From Eledone cirrhosa (lineage: Eukaryota): 64,000 bases of DNA. Under the pieces are notes generated by a model. That model was not told where the DNA came from, did no database searches, and worked only from the letters and a program-made list of their open reading frames with translations. Below are positions 41,000-55,256 of the stretch, one piece after another; within the stretch, counting starts at the first letter, position 1, and the number at the start of each line of letters is the position of its first letter. Made by a program: the position numbers and the translations under genes. The stretch spans positions 138,756,001 to 138,820,000 of the forward strand of contig OZ024741.1 of the NCBI GenBank assembly GCA_964016885.1. The letters are read 5' to 3'.

Positions 41000-41312
41000 T
41001 CCGTAAGCGGTAGGCCGTTTGAGCACATCGGTAGAGGGTCGGAGGCCATACTTTGAAGCATAGAGTTACGGCCCTTTCCATTCTGAGTTCAAATTCCGCC
41101 GACGTTAAATTCGCCTTTCATCCTTATGGGGTCGATAAAAAAGTACCAGTAATGCACTGTGTAATTTACTGGCCTTAAGCCAAAAGTAGGAAGAAATATT
41201 ATAACATCCCGTGGAGGTTAACTTTGCCTTTCATCCTTACGGGGTCGATAAAATAAAGTACCAGTAATACACTAGAATAATTGCTGGCCTTGCACCTAAA
41301 TGAGAAACCATT
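41000..41312 (+). mobile_element. Nin/Deu-core SINE, tandem core duplication
   Basis: GCCTTTCATCCTTA.GGGGTCGATAAAA..AGTACCAGTAAT at about 41112 and 41226. Confidence 0.8.
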
Positions 41313-41837
41313 ATTTTTATATATATATACAATATAATATAGGGGTGACTGATCGATAGTAAGTTAGATGTAACTAAGATTTATATTTCAATAAGAAGGG
41401 GTAGAGAATGTAGGCCAAGGAGCTAGTTGAGTGTTAACCTATGACGGTAGTGTGAACAAGAGTAATGTGTCTTGTCGTCTGTCAGATTAAACCCTGCCTC
41501 AACTGGGAATGTGGCACTGACACCTTTGTTGTATTTCAGAAAATAACATTTAGTATAGAAATTGCCAATTTCTGATAACGTTTTAAATTATGGGATAGTG
41601 TTTACACCTATTTTAGATTACATTAAACAGTTATAATGTAAATATAAATATTTATTGTCTGGCAAATAAATACATTGAATTCTTTTAATTCGTTCATTTG
41701 TCGCATTGCACCTCAACCCCTCTTTTACTCTCTCTCTCTCTATCTCTCTGTATTTACACTCACACACACACTCAATGTCACACAGGCACACAATCCCCCC
41801 TCCCATATATATATATATATATTTATATATGTATATA

Positions 41838-41998
<161 letters not shown>

Positions 41999-42619
41999 AT
42001 TATATATATATATATATTATATATATATATATATCGTATTTATAGACTACAGCCATCAAAAAACATTACTTTAAACTATCAAATATATATATATAATTGT
42101 CTGTGCGTCTCTTTCTGTATTTCTTCTGTATTTCATCTTGTAGCCTGCTGTATAGTTATGTCAGCAGAAAAGATGATGCACCTTTTTGCCGTTTCTTTTT
42201 TAGAAACCTCTCATATTTGCAGCGATGTTTACGTCAAACATTCACTGTTCCTAGCCTATTGTTCAGAGGCTTCACAATAATTTACTCCGAACAAATCAGT
42301 AATAATTTCTAATTCAGATACCTATATCTTAATAGATTTCAACCTAGGTTTTTACTCGTAAATACTTCTTATAGATAATGTTGCCTATGCTCCGATACCC
42401 CCCCCCCCCCCCACCCCCGCCACCTTTTTTAGCATTGTGGTAAAATCTTCTAAAGTTGGATTTTGGATTTACCACTACCTTTAAATTCCTTTGATCTTAG
42501 ACCCTGGGCAGAACGAGTTTAATTCAGTGTCTGGTAATATTTAACAATTATGTATGTGTCAAACGATCTAACTTGTGAGAAGATGACATTCGAACGAGTA
42601 TACTCCACTTCCAACTAAC

Positions 42620-43350
42620 TTACCCTTCGCCTATGGGAGCCGGAGGACGCTGAGGGTAACGTGCTAGAACAGACACCCCACCTGGTGGAGTTCGCTCCTG
42701 TGGGCTGCCAACTTTGCCCCACTAGCAGTGAGTAGGGATGTGGTTGGTATTTAGACAACAACTGCATGGAGGACTTGTAAAGTGTAAAGATGCGCTGGGG
42801 CGACGCCATATCTAGCTTTTTCTTGAGAGTGAACAGGTGCCGTCACTGCTTGCTAGACGCGTTTGTCCCTGTGCGTTTCCTTCAAGGAGTTGAAGCTGGA
42901 ATGCTGGAAACTAGAATGTCTTCAGAATCTCACAGCCCTCTGCTAACTAAACAGCAAATCTATGACCAGACACCGCGACCGCAGAGCATTGATAGTTCGA
43001 AATGAAGTCTATAGGCATAGAAGTGGCATGAGCCGCACCTGTCTAAGAAGCGTAGAGGGCGACGAATGTATCCTGTTCGAACTCGCCCCGTGTCCGAGAA
43101 TTATTGCTGTCATCTGTATGACGAACCCAGCCACGTCACCTTTTTCAGCTAGGAATGGCAAGCAGTGATTTTTTTTTATCTGGTAGCCTTGACGAAAGAG
43201 GTAGTATTGTGGATAGATTGAGAGGGACAATAACAGGCATGTCCATCTCGGTGAAGACCTTATTAACCTTTTGAAGTTTAACTTGAATATGAAAATCAGG
43301 GTGGAGTGGAAACGTTAGTTTGTTGAGAGGCATGTTAGAGTGGCAATCAT
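42620..43350 (-). mobile_element. Possible highly decayed LINE fragment
   Basis: GC-richer island; weak RTE-like words on the minus strand (TLKKKLD, PTTSLLTASGAKLAAH). Confidence 0.3.
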
Positions 43351-43917
43351 GTCTCGAGTGAATCAGCCTGTTCTGAGTACGTGCCTATGGTATAGCAAGC
43401 CGCATTGGACAATGAAATAGTTACTTTATTTTCGTCGGAAAAAGAGATGTTAATATAGAAATATCAGGACACATAAATAAATTAAAATTAAAAACACGCC
43501 TCGTTTCTTACGACTTAATTATTTGTTTATTCGTCCATTCCGCATTGCCGTTGCTTTCAAACTTGAAATTCTTTATAACAACAAAAATAAATAAATAGCC
43601 ACCCACGACCACCACTATCACTGGAAAATATAGATAGCATCATGTTAGAACTGATGAAATTGCATAAACTGATAACCTCATCTATTTTCTTTAGGTTTCA
43701 GACTTATTGACTGGGTTACCTGTTTCATTAGCTTAGCTGTTAGTCCGACTTGTTCCAACGGGAATCAATCGTCTCTGACACTGTCAGTCGGCAGCAACTC
43801 GTTGACATCCATGCCAGTGTCATAGTATATATTTATTATATGTTATAAACAACATGGTTAAATGTTTTGTGTGTGTGTATGCTAACCATACCAAGATAGC
43901 AAACTGGCAGAGCTGTT

Positions 43918-44022
43918 AGAACTAGTAGTGACTACTAACTAGTTTTGACTGTACTAACTAGTGATTTGTTGTACTAACTAGTGGTGACTGTACTAACTAA
44001 AGATGACTGTACCAACTAGAGG
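43918..44022 (+). repeat. About 20-bp minisatellite, about 5 copies (TGACTGTACTAACTAGTG-like)
   Basis: Directly visible. Confidence 0.8.
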
Positions 44023-44897
44023 GGACAATGCGGAGGAAGCATACACTCTAGACCTCAGTGTGATTCTGGATTTTTGTGGGCTTTCTCGACGAATCAGCCT
44101 CAGCCGTCTCCTCTTATTGGGGGAAGGTGTTTTAGTTTGAAGTTATTTAAAGGCTTCTTTGTTATAGGGTATAGAGAATTTCTAGGCTAAAACCCATGCA
44201 GTGATATCCTACAACATCATGTGCCGTCCTGTTTCCTCATGCGATGTCTTATATATTTTTTTTGTGTGTCAGACATGTGTGGCTAATGAAGAAACTCCCA
44301 TCATCATCATCATTATCGTTATTATTGTAGTTGTCGGTGTGATGGTGCTGTTATTATATTAATCCTCATAGGAACGTCCATGTACACACACATACATACA
44401 CACACACGCTCACCCCCATATATATATATATATAATAAATCATTCGGAAACAAGGTTATATGTCAATGTTTGCATACTCAGTCGGCAATCTTTATTACAA
44501 GAATTTACATATTTACATCTAAATAGTAACAAATGAATTGTTGATGCGACATATGAATAATAACGAGAACAACAACAGCAACAACAGCAACAATAATAAT
44601 AATAAATCAAAAATATTAATAAACACCCCGCAATATCGACAGCATTTAACAGAGAATATTCAGATAGGAAAGAAGATCATTCAAATCTCATTTCATGTTT
44701 TTACTTATTTCTTCGTTTATATTTTTTCCTAGCAATATTACTTCAAACGCATCTAAGTTATTTCTTTAATGTATTGTAAGTGTTTGTTTGATAATATAGC
44801 AATATTAGTCATAATAGTAATAATAGTAATAACAGTAATAGTTAGAATATGCACAGGAAATTTTCTGCTACGCACATCGTTAGACAAATATTTATTT

Positions 44898-45056
<159 letters not shown>

Positions 45057-45071
45057 ATATATATATATATT

Positions 45072-45173
<102 letters not shown>

Positions 45174-45240
45174 CATTAGAATGTACGCAGAAATATTCTG
45201 CTACGCACATCGTTAGACACATATTTATTTGAAGTATATA

Positions 45241-45274
<34 letters not shown>

Positions 45275-45311
45275 TTATATAAATATGTGTATATATCTAT
45301 ATATCTATATA

Positions 45312-45373
<62 letters not shown>

Positions 45374-45499
45374 CCTATATACATACATCTATATATATAT
45401 ATATATGTATGTATTATAAATATTTGTATATATCTATATATATATACATACACACACGCACGCGCACCCCCACCCCCACCCCCACACATACATACATAC

Positions 45500-45539
<40 letters not shown>

Positions 45540-46112
45540 CAAGGACGATTTGCTAAGCCTTCATTACGTTTATTGATTTGTCACGCGCATTTCGATTTGA
45601 TCAGCTCAAGGTTCGATCAGTATCGGCCTGGCTCGATTCTGGAATCAGAAACAACGTCGGAACTCTGGTGTTGTTACAACACCAGAATTCGGACACACAT
45701 TTTGAAGAATTCCTGAAAACTAACTCTAATTCAATATATGATCTTCTATAGAATCTTTTCACGTGATATTTCTCTAATATATATCAATTAAAACTTTGTG
45801 TGTCTCAGTGTATAATGTGTTCAGCTCATGACAGTAAAATCATCAGTTTGATGCTTCGTGGGACGTTATGACCTTTAGCAAAGAAGAGTATCTCATTTTG
45901 AGCCAGGCCTCTCAGATAACATTAATGAGATGTACATTATTTCAATTTATCTTTTTCTTTCTCTGTAACCCAACGGTTTATTTTAAAAATAAAAATATCC
46001 AATACTAATAATAATATAATTAAACAACTCCACTATACAGGAGCTTCCAACAGTAATGGTTGCAGTTTTTAAGGGTATGTCAATATTTATTTATAAAACT
46101 GATCTATATTTT

Positions 46113-46175
46113 ATTTTGTCTGATGAAAGCACACTATAATTTAACATGGTGTCCTTGAAATATGTATAATGAAAT
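46113..46175 (+). ncRNA. Type I hammerhead ribozyme
   Basis: ATTTTGT-CTGATGA-AAG CACAC..GGTGT CCTT-GAAA-TATGTA-TA-ATGAAAT; downstream 46185-46213 matches 33836-33866. Confidence 0.7.
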
Positions 46176-46217
46176 AAATATTGTTTTATAAATATAGTTT
46201 GCATTTGTTAATATCGT

Positions 46218-46273
<56 letters not shown>

Positions 46274-46385
46274 GTGTGTAGATAAATCTACCAAAATATA
46301 GGGTAGTCTCCAATCCGTATGAAGAACTCAATATAATCCAAATATAGAAGATATCATGAAAAGAGAAGATACATTCAATATATCA

Positions 46386-46425
<40 letters not shown>

Positions 46426-47047
46426 ATGTGTGTATATGTGTATATATATATGTGTGTGTGTATGTGTGTATACGTGTGTGTATACAGGTGTGTAGGCGTG
46501 TGGGTCGGTGTGTGTGTATATATGTCTATATATATGTATGTGTATGTGTGTATGAATGCGTATGTATGTGAAGATGCGCATATGTGTGCGTAAATGTATG
46601 TATGTGTATATATATATATGTGTGTGTATGTATATGTACGGATATGTAGGTGTGTGTGTGTGTGTGTGTGCATGTATATATACGAGTGCGTGTATGTGAG
46701 TGTGCGTGTGTGCCTCTCTGTGTGCATGTATGCGTATATTTGTGTGACTATTTATATTGTGTGAACGTAAGCACACATGCTACTCAGTATGTATCTGTCA
46801 GTATCTCTGTGTGTGTGCGTGTGGGTGGCAGTGTCAACTGACAAACAGCAGTCATTTTGCCGACGGGGCAGAGGGTGAGTGACAGTTTATGCCCTGACGG
46901 TCGGCGGGCTGCTACAAGTGGTCAGAATAATGATGACGTTACTAACCAGTGACCAACCCAAGGACGGGGAAAGCGGATTAAGGTGGACGATATAGGCTTG
47001 TAGAGCCAGAAACCCTAGAAACAGGATATGATCCGAAATCAATAGAC

Positions 47048-47136
47048 GTGTCCGAGGAACCTGCGAGACTAGGGTCAGGGTAGATCCACACACATATCGC
47101 ACCTGGAACTGTTCCCCGGGGAAACAATTGTAATAC
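47048..47136 (+). ncRNA. Hammerhead-like motif (CCGAGGA core, CAATTG stem III)
   Basis: GTGT-CCGAGGA-ACC...GGG-GAAA-CAATTG-TA-ATAC. Confidence 0.5.
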
Positions 47137-47258
47137 ACAATAAATTGAGTTCCGATGCATCACTGATCTTACGTTTTCCATTCTATAATACTCTGCTCCG
47201 TAGTAGCATAGAGGCCTCAACCGGCATATCGCCTATGGAAGCATCTTAGCTACCATTA

Positions 47259-47373
<115 letters not shown>

Positions 47374-47374
47374 A

Positions 47375-47530
47375 AGGCGGGTAAAATTACCGAGATCCAT
47401 GGACGAGTTCTCTCCAGCGGTCTCTGTCCCTCATTATCGCTGCCATGGCCTGCGTCTCCAACAGGCCAGTGTCTGTCCTTAGTGCATCAACATACGTTAA
47501 CCTTGGTCTTCCTCTTCTAATGTGTCCATG
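47375..47530 (-). mobile_element. RTE-like LINE 3' end
   Basis: Homologous to 10615-10760. Confidence 0.75.
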
Positions 47531-48147
47531 TAGGGGCTCCCAAGCCGTTTCGACGTTTATCCGACTACATAATTATCGATTATCATTGGTTCATAGATTT
47601 CAAACGACTCCTCCCACCTCAACGACACCAAACTTAAATTAATATGCATAATGCCAATGAGGGATTGAAGGGGAGAGTAAGAAACAGAGATGCAAAGTGT
47701 TGGATACACTATGTATATGTGGCAGTGTAGAGACATGGGTGTGTGATGTGTGTGGAAATAAGAGGGGAAGGAAAGCAATAACTATTAACATGTGTGCGTG
47801 TGTATGTACGTGCGCGTATGTTTACGTGTGTGTGCGTGCGTGCAGCGTTCCACAGAAAGTAAAAACTATCAACATGTGTGAGTGTGTGCGTGTGTTTAAG
47901 TGCACATGTGCGTGTGTAAGTTTGCGTGCGTGTGCGCGTTTCCATGCGTGTGTACGCGGCGTTCCACAACCGCCACGCAGTTTATCTGTCTGTGTGCCTG
48001 TCTGTCAGTCTAACATACACAGAGTTGTGAAGGGAGTAGATTAGATAAGCATGTTATCCATATCCATATTAATTTGGCATTTGTATAAACCATTTCAAGT
48101 AAATAGAGACCTTTTTTTACATTGACAGACATCTTTTATATTAATTA

Positions 48148-48503
48148 TCTATATCTATACCTACATATAATATAACAGATTGGAACTTCCATCATCCTTT
48201 TGAGAAACCTGGAACAATCACGTCTATGCAATGTTACACGTTTTACAGTCAGACAGAAGATGAACCATCTCCTAGAGGTCACTATTCTAGGTGGGAGCAC
48301 ATAGACTTTGTTCATATACTATGCACAAAAGGTACAACTAAGAATCTGGTATATCTGTAAGATTTTTTTAGTTTTTTTGTATCACACAGACACCTCGGAC
48401 TCGCGTCATACTGTAACCAGACAAACATCCAATACAGTCATTTTCTCTTTTACCTGTCTTCACTTATCTGTTTATCCGGGCGAAGCTAGGTACGTCAGCT
48501 AGT
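48148..48503 (+). mobile_element. Probable non-autonomous Helitron
   Basis: 3' end CCGGGCGAAGCTAGG hairpin then TACGTCAG-CTAG|T; candidate 5' TC start in ATCTATATCTATAC (5' boundary uncertain). Confidence 0.55.
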
Positions 48504-48716
48504 ATATAATATATATATATATATATAGTTTATTTCCGTAGAGTAATTATTTAAATCATTGGTAATTACATCAATATTACATTATATTGAATTTCAAAAA
48601 AACCATCCAACCAGATAACTCAGATTTAACAAATCTATTCTAATTATACATACATATAAATATATAAATATATATTTATGTGTGTATGTATGTATATATA
48701 TAGAGATACATATACG

Positions 48717-48802
<86 letters not shown>

Positions 48803-48947
48803 ACGTAGTTTAGAAAGCCACAACAATGCAGAGGGAAATCTCGAGGTAGGAAGTGAATGATAGATAGGAGAAATAGGAGAAAGTGAAATTGAGAGAGACA
48901 AAGATGAAAACAAAACAAAGGTAGAAGGGTATTTTACACATTTCACA

Positions 48948-51783
48948 ATGCTTCAAGCAAACTTTAACACCCTCTTATCATTACACCTGAGCCAGGACTT
49001 GTTTGCACCCATAAGGGACCTATTCAGACTATCGGAGAATCGTGCCAAACTCGGTTGCCAAATTACCTTCTTAAAACGCTGCCTAAAGAACAACATCATT
49101 CCAACCACCATCAGGAATATACAACTACCCGAATGTTTACGATCACCATCCTTCGAAAACACCATCCGCCACATTCAACGCACGTTTATCAACAAAATAC
49201 TACGACACAACCACCACCAACTGCGACTCCATATACAAACGCTTTCCGAGCACATAGATCGTATAGCTCCAACCCTCACCCCTGACCACCAGGTCCAGGA
49301 AATACGCAAAGCTATCGATCAGTGTTACCACACCAGAGTCAAATATGATAAACAGCGCCTTATACGGAAATACGAATGGACTGTAAACAAATACTACAAT
49401 GACAACATCCGCTCCCACAGACGGACCGACTACAACCACACCAGGGGCAACAGCTATACAACACCCTCCGCTACACCCCCCAACATCGATCTACCTACCA
49501 ACGATGCTTCACACCTCGTTACCGACCTAACCGGTACCCTCACCAACGACGAACTCGAACTTCTGCGCCTCAGACCCAAGTTCATCATTACACAGCGTCT
49601 CGATGATAGACTGAAACTCGACATCGAAACCAACTTCTGTCGGACAGCATATCAATTGAAATCGCTAACCGCCATCCAAAACAACACCGAGATCGATTAC
49701 AACCCCACAACCCACCCCACACTCCCCACGTACCACCACGACAACCCACTCCACCCCCCACCCACCAACCACGAACTTGACACTAAACTACTCAGGTTGA
49801 AACATTCTATCTCTAACATCCTTTCCCAACACACACACACACACAATAAACGCAACCTCACCAATGCACAATTTAATACTCTCACCAACCTAAGATCCAG
49901 GAACCTTGTGTACCTTCCCTCTGACAAGGGGAAAGAATTCTGTGTCATCTCGAGAGAGACCTACAACAACTTAGCTCTCCAACATCTTAATGACGACAGC
50001 CTCTACTCGAAAGTCACAGGGACCTCCTCGACTCTAATCGAGGAAGGCATTAACACCATATGGACTAACATCTGTGTCCAACGAAAACTGCCAACGAAGG
50101 TAAAAAACAACATAATGACTCGAAACAGCAAACTACCCACCTTCTACCACCTGGTTAAAACACATAAACAAGGACCCGATTTGAAAATCAGGCCCATTGT
50201 CTCTAGCGTGGAGGGCCCACTCTACAAAATATCGTGGCTGCTCTCCACACTACTGAAACCTATTCTACACACACTACCAGCCCACGTCTGCAGCTCAAAG
50301 GAGGTCTTGGAGCGACTACACCATCTGGCGCCCAACATCAGAAAGGACAACGGTTATGCCTTCAGTCTTGATGTGGTCGCCCTTTATACCTCCGTACCAG
50401 CATCCCCAGCCGTCGACCTGTTGACCGAACGAGTCCGAGCATCTAACTTACACTGCTTCGGACTCACACACACGGACATCCACCAACTCCTCTCCTTCGT
50501 TGTGGATAATGCACTCTTCAATTTCCTCGGCCACACGTACAAACAAATCTCTGGGCTACCTATGGGCTCTAGTCTGTCCGGCATACTTGCGATCTCGTAC
50601 ATGGACCACCTGGAACGCAAGGCACTCAATACCTGCCAACCCAACGCCGTCGCCTTCTACTCCAGATACGTTGATGACATCCTGATACTTACTTCTTCCC
50701 GGGAGATGGCGAATGAAATTCACCAAATCTTCAACGATACTTCAACTGACTCGTCGGGTTTGTTGGAAAGGCATCTTCGCAGCGAAGGTCCTGTGTGGGC
50801 CAAATGTATGTCAAGTCCCTCCGTCCGTATGGCCCTGCGGATGGCGTTCGTGGTATATTCACTCAGGTGGGGGATTTTAAAGAAGCACCTGCTTTTATTT
50901 AAGTTTCTAGTGGGTGTCTGTCTATCTTCAACGATACTGACCATCACGTCGATTTCACCATCGAACACCCAGGAGAAGACGGGTCACTCGCTTTCCTCGA
51001 CTTCCGTATCAACATCTCGGAAGAAGGAGACATAAACACCACCTTCTACCGCAAAGCAGCGTGCAAGGACTTATTTGTGCATTACAACTCAGCCCTCCCC
51101 AACAACGCTAAGAGAGGCTATGTCCTAAATGAACTGACAGGGATCACTAACAGATGCAGCGACCCGATGGGTGGTCTCACCCATACCACGCAATTCCGTA
51201 ATCTACTCAAGTCTAATGGATATCCCAATCGACTGATTAACGGAATTAGAGACCCCAGACCCAATAGACAGACACCCACTAGAAACTTAAATAAAAGCAG
51301 GTGCTTCTTTAAAATCCCCCACCTGAGTGAATATACCACGAACGCCATCCGCAGGGCCATACGGACGGAGGGACTTGACATACATTTGGCCCACACAGGA
51401 CCTTCGCTGCGAAGATGCCTCTCCAACAAACCCGACGAGTCAGATGGGACGTGTTCCCTCAGCAACTGCCCGATACGGGGGGCAGATTGCCTACGCACCT
51501 ATGTCGTATATAAGATTCAATGCGATAAATGTAACAAGTTTTACATAGGTAGCACCATCCGACCCCTACATGTTCGTATCAAGGAACATATCAACACCAA
51601 CGCATCTTCCTTCCGTAAACACATCCTTAAATGCGGAAACCCACAGGGTAGACCCTTGGTCACAGTCCTAGCGACTGAACGCAGCATCGGTCATTAAGGA
51701 TAAAGGAAGCACTTGTTATTAAGAACCTCAGACCCCCACTTAACAACCGGGCTGAGAGAAATGAGATGACATGGCTAACTTAA
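48948..51783 (+). pseudogene. PLE RT/GIY-YIG polyprotein interrupted by a 197-bp insertion and a C-terminal frameshift
   Basis: PSDKG, PTFYHLVKTHK..RPIVS, FSLDVVALYTSV, YKQISGLPMGSSLS, YSRYVDD, LAFLD, FYRK, CSLSNCPI..VVYKIQCDKCNKFYIGST.RPLHVRIKEH; tail LRIKEALVIKNLRPPLN* ends at 51783. Confidence 0.92.
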
Positions 51784-51849
51784 CCATAGTGACCATTCAC
51801 AGCACTTAGGGCCTGCTATTTTCACACACACGCACGTATATGCATATCC

Positions 51850-52140
51850 ATACGCATACACACACACATCTATATTTATACACGCACACATGTTTTTACA
51901 ACCTACCACCTTTCACACCCTTTGATTTCCAGCTTCTACAGCCCACTATCTTTCACACACACACGCACTCACACATATACACACACAGTTACACACACAT
52001 ATATACCCATACGCATACACACACACATCTATATTTATACACGCACACATGTTTTACAACCTACCACCTTTCACACCCTTTGATTTCCAGCTTCTACAGC
52101 CCACTATCTTTCACACACACACACTCACACATATACACAC
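51850..52140 (+). repeat. About 160-bp tandem duplication in the PLE 3' UTR
   Basis: CTACCACCTTTCACACCCTTTGATTTCCAGCTTCTACAGCCCACTATCTTTCACAC at about 51903 and 52061. Confidence 0.85.
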
Positions 52141-52388
52141 TTACACATATACACACACAGTTACACACACATATATATTTACACACACATATTTTACGGC
52201 TTTCACACGCTAGCGCACCCTCTTGATTTAACCCATTTGGTCAGTAGCTTTTGCCACAGCGTATTACGCGCACGCGCATTCTTTCCCTCATTTAAATTTT
52301 AAAAAATGTTCTCCCCATAACGGCATTCCTGTTTTAACGACATCACAACTTTCTCCGGCTTAGCCTGTTTCCCCCCCTTTTGGAACTT

Positions 52389-52424
52389 TCCCCCGTTGAT
52401 GGGCGTGAGCCCGAAATATTGGGA
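52389..52424 (+). ncRNA. Minimal hammerhead motif in the Penelope pLTR (degenerate core CCGTTGA)
   Basis: TCCC-CCGTTGA-T-GGGC GTGA GCCC-GAAA-TA-TT-GGGA. Confidence 0.65.
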
Positions 52425-52615
52425 TTAAATCTCCACTACGGTAACCCTTCTACCTTTGTTTTGTTTTCCACTTTGTCTCTCTCAATTTTCACTTTCTCCT
52501 ATTTCTCCTATCTATCATTCACTTCCTACCTCGAGATTTCCCTCTGCATTATTGTGGCTTTCTAAACTACGTATTTTACACATTTCACAATGCTTCAAGC
52601 AAACTTTAACACCCT

Positions 52616-52688
<73 letters not shown>

Positions 52689-53109
52689 ACGTATATGTAC
52701 CTCTATATATATACATACACACATAAATATATATTTATATATTTATATGTATGTATAATTAGTATAGATTTGTTAAATCTGAGTTATCTGGTTGGATGGC
52801 TTTTTTTGAAATTTAATATGATGTAATATAGATGTAATTACCAAGGATTTAAATAATTACTCTACGGAAATAAACTATGTAGAAAATCTTTATTCATGTT
52901 TTAAGTTTAATATATGTTTAAGATTATGTGTCATTATGGGTGGGATAGAAAAATGATAATTTGATTCAATCTTATTGATTGTATTAAAGATAAATGTATC
53001 GATATATGACAAGTGTATTGAATATATATTTATAGTAACAGTGATAAGTTGAAAATATATTCGAAATAATTATATTAAAAATGTTTGCTATAATTATGTC
53101 ATTATTAAA

Positions 53110-53222
53110 TATTCTATTAAACCCCGCCGAGGTTAATTTTGCGTTTTATCCTTACGGGGTCGATAAAATAAAGCACCAGTAATGCATTGGGTAATTTATG
53201 GCCTTGTCCCAAATGTAGAATA
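53110..53222 (+). mobile_element. Nin/Deu-core SINE fragment
   Basis: CCCGCCGAGGTTAATTTTGCG..ATCCTTACGGGGTCGATAAAATAAAGCACCAGT. Confidence 0.75.
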
Positions 53223-53344
53223 TTTTTGGATGTAAGTGCTATATATATATATACATGAATCGAGGAATATTACATATATATGTATATATACTAGTGGGTA
53301 ATAGCAAAAAGTTTAACCTCGACGGCAGAGCTCGAGCCGTTTCT

Positions 53345-54008
53345 TACATTCTTTTCAAATTATTCCCTGTGATTGTTTCATATGTTTATTTTATATATAT
53401 ATATATGTCAATCTATTTCTAGTTGATATGTAATGCTCGGATCTAATCTTTGAGCTTATTCTACAGTGGATATGGCGCATGTCTCTCAGACATGACAACA
53501 CTTAATTTTAGATATAAATACGGCCCCTTGATTGTTGAGATAATTAAGTTGAATAGTCTCGGCTGCTATTTCTGGCTGTCGATGGTCCTATTCACGCCAC
53601 TAGGATGACGTTGGTCAATGTGTGTATTTAAAAAAAAGTGCAACACGTGGTTCGAGTCATTCACAGATTTGCATTTGCTTTGTAAACGCAGATGGTTATC
53701 TTCTTCTCCTTTGGTGAAAATCCAAGAATTTAACTGCTGTGATTTACGGATTAATAGGTGAAATATATTTTTACTTAAAGAAATATATACAAAGGAGATT
53801 AATCATTTTAAAAGGTATCTATATTTGAAGTTCTAGTTAAACTTTAATTAGTTACCTACCTAGCTATGTGTGCTTACATTCTTTACAAATTATTCCCTGT
53901 GATTGTTTCATATGTTTATTTTATATATAGATATATATATATATAAATATATATATACATATATATAAATATAGATATATACATATATGTCAATCTATTT
54001 CTAGTTGA
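53345..54008 (+). repeat. Second copy of the about 560-bp tandem/inverted family (20275-21090)
   Basis: 53345-53427 recurs at 53873-54008; shares GGTATCTATATTTGAAGTTCTAGTTAA and TATTCACGCCACT with 20275-21090. Confidence 0.8.
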
Positions 54009-54197
54009 TATATATATATATAATTAGTATTAAGGATACTATTTATGGTTATGTATATACTAAAATCTTTTATAGTTATATATATTTTAAACCCTAAATG
54101 GTGAAAGACAGTAAATTATAACTATCTTATTACCAGTAGGATAAATAGCTCAATGTAACAACATCAGAGGTCAAGTATGTAAAAAATCACCGAATAA

Positions 54198-54246
54198 TTG
54201 CTCCGTGGACCCCAAACCTCGGTTTGGAAGAAACAATTGTAAGCAA
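54198..54246 (+). ncRNA. Degenerate hammerhead motif
   Basis: TTGCT-CCGTGGA-CC-CCAAAC CTCG GTTTGG-AA-GAAA-CAATTG-TA-AGCAA. Confidence 0.55.
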
Positions 54247-54350
54247 ATAAATAATTTAAACAGAACTTTGATTCATGTACTTTCTATACATATATATATC
54301 AACTAGAAATAGATTGACATATATATATAAAATAAACATATGAAACAATC

Positions 54351-54465
<115 letters not shown>

Positions 54466-54471
54466 TATATA

Positions 54472-54544
<73 letters not shown>

Positions 54545-54550
54545 TATATA

Positions 54551-54768
<218 letters not shown>

Positions 54769-54899
54769 GATAAATCTACCAAAAGTTTACGGTAGTGTCC
54801 AATCCGTATGAAGAACTCAATGTAATCCGGATATCATGAAAAGAAGAGATGCATTCAAAAAACACTTTCGGTGAAAGATTATATATATATATATATATG

Positions 54900-54994
<95 letters not shown>

Positions 54995-54998
<4 letters not shown>

Positions 54999-55204
54999 AT
55001 ACTTTGGGAGGGTCATGTTGCCAATAAGAAACACAAGCAGCAATTGTTTCACTTCAATTTATTATAATACATTTATAAATTTATTATAATAAATTGAAGT
55101 GAAACTTATGGTGCGTGTGTTTCTTATTGGCAACATGTATAACAATATCGGTTTCAACACACGATTTCAGATAAACAATCTGGTTAAACAAATTCAGAAA
55201 CGAA

Positions 55205-55256
<52 letters not shown>

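Larger units (their letters stand above)
48797..52620 (+). mobile_element. Young, near full-length Penelope/Poseidon-type retroelement
   Basis: 48801-48929 is the reverse complement of 52444-52573; 48929-48978 is directly repeated at 52571-52620; (TA)n on both sides; RT + GIY-YIG ORF. Confidence 0.93.

Noticed and set aside
43918-44022. CRISPR-like short repeat array
   Set aside because: No unique spacers, eukaryotic context and no cas genes; it is a simple minisatellite
48948-51035. 695-aa ORF as an intact protein with a novel C-terminus
   Set aside because: The residues after ..IFNDT come from the inverted insertion and a shifted frame; the real product continues into 51077-51783
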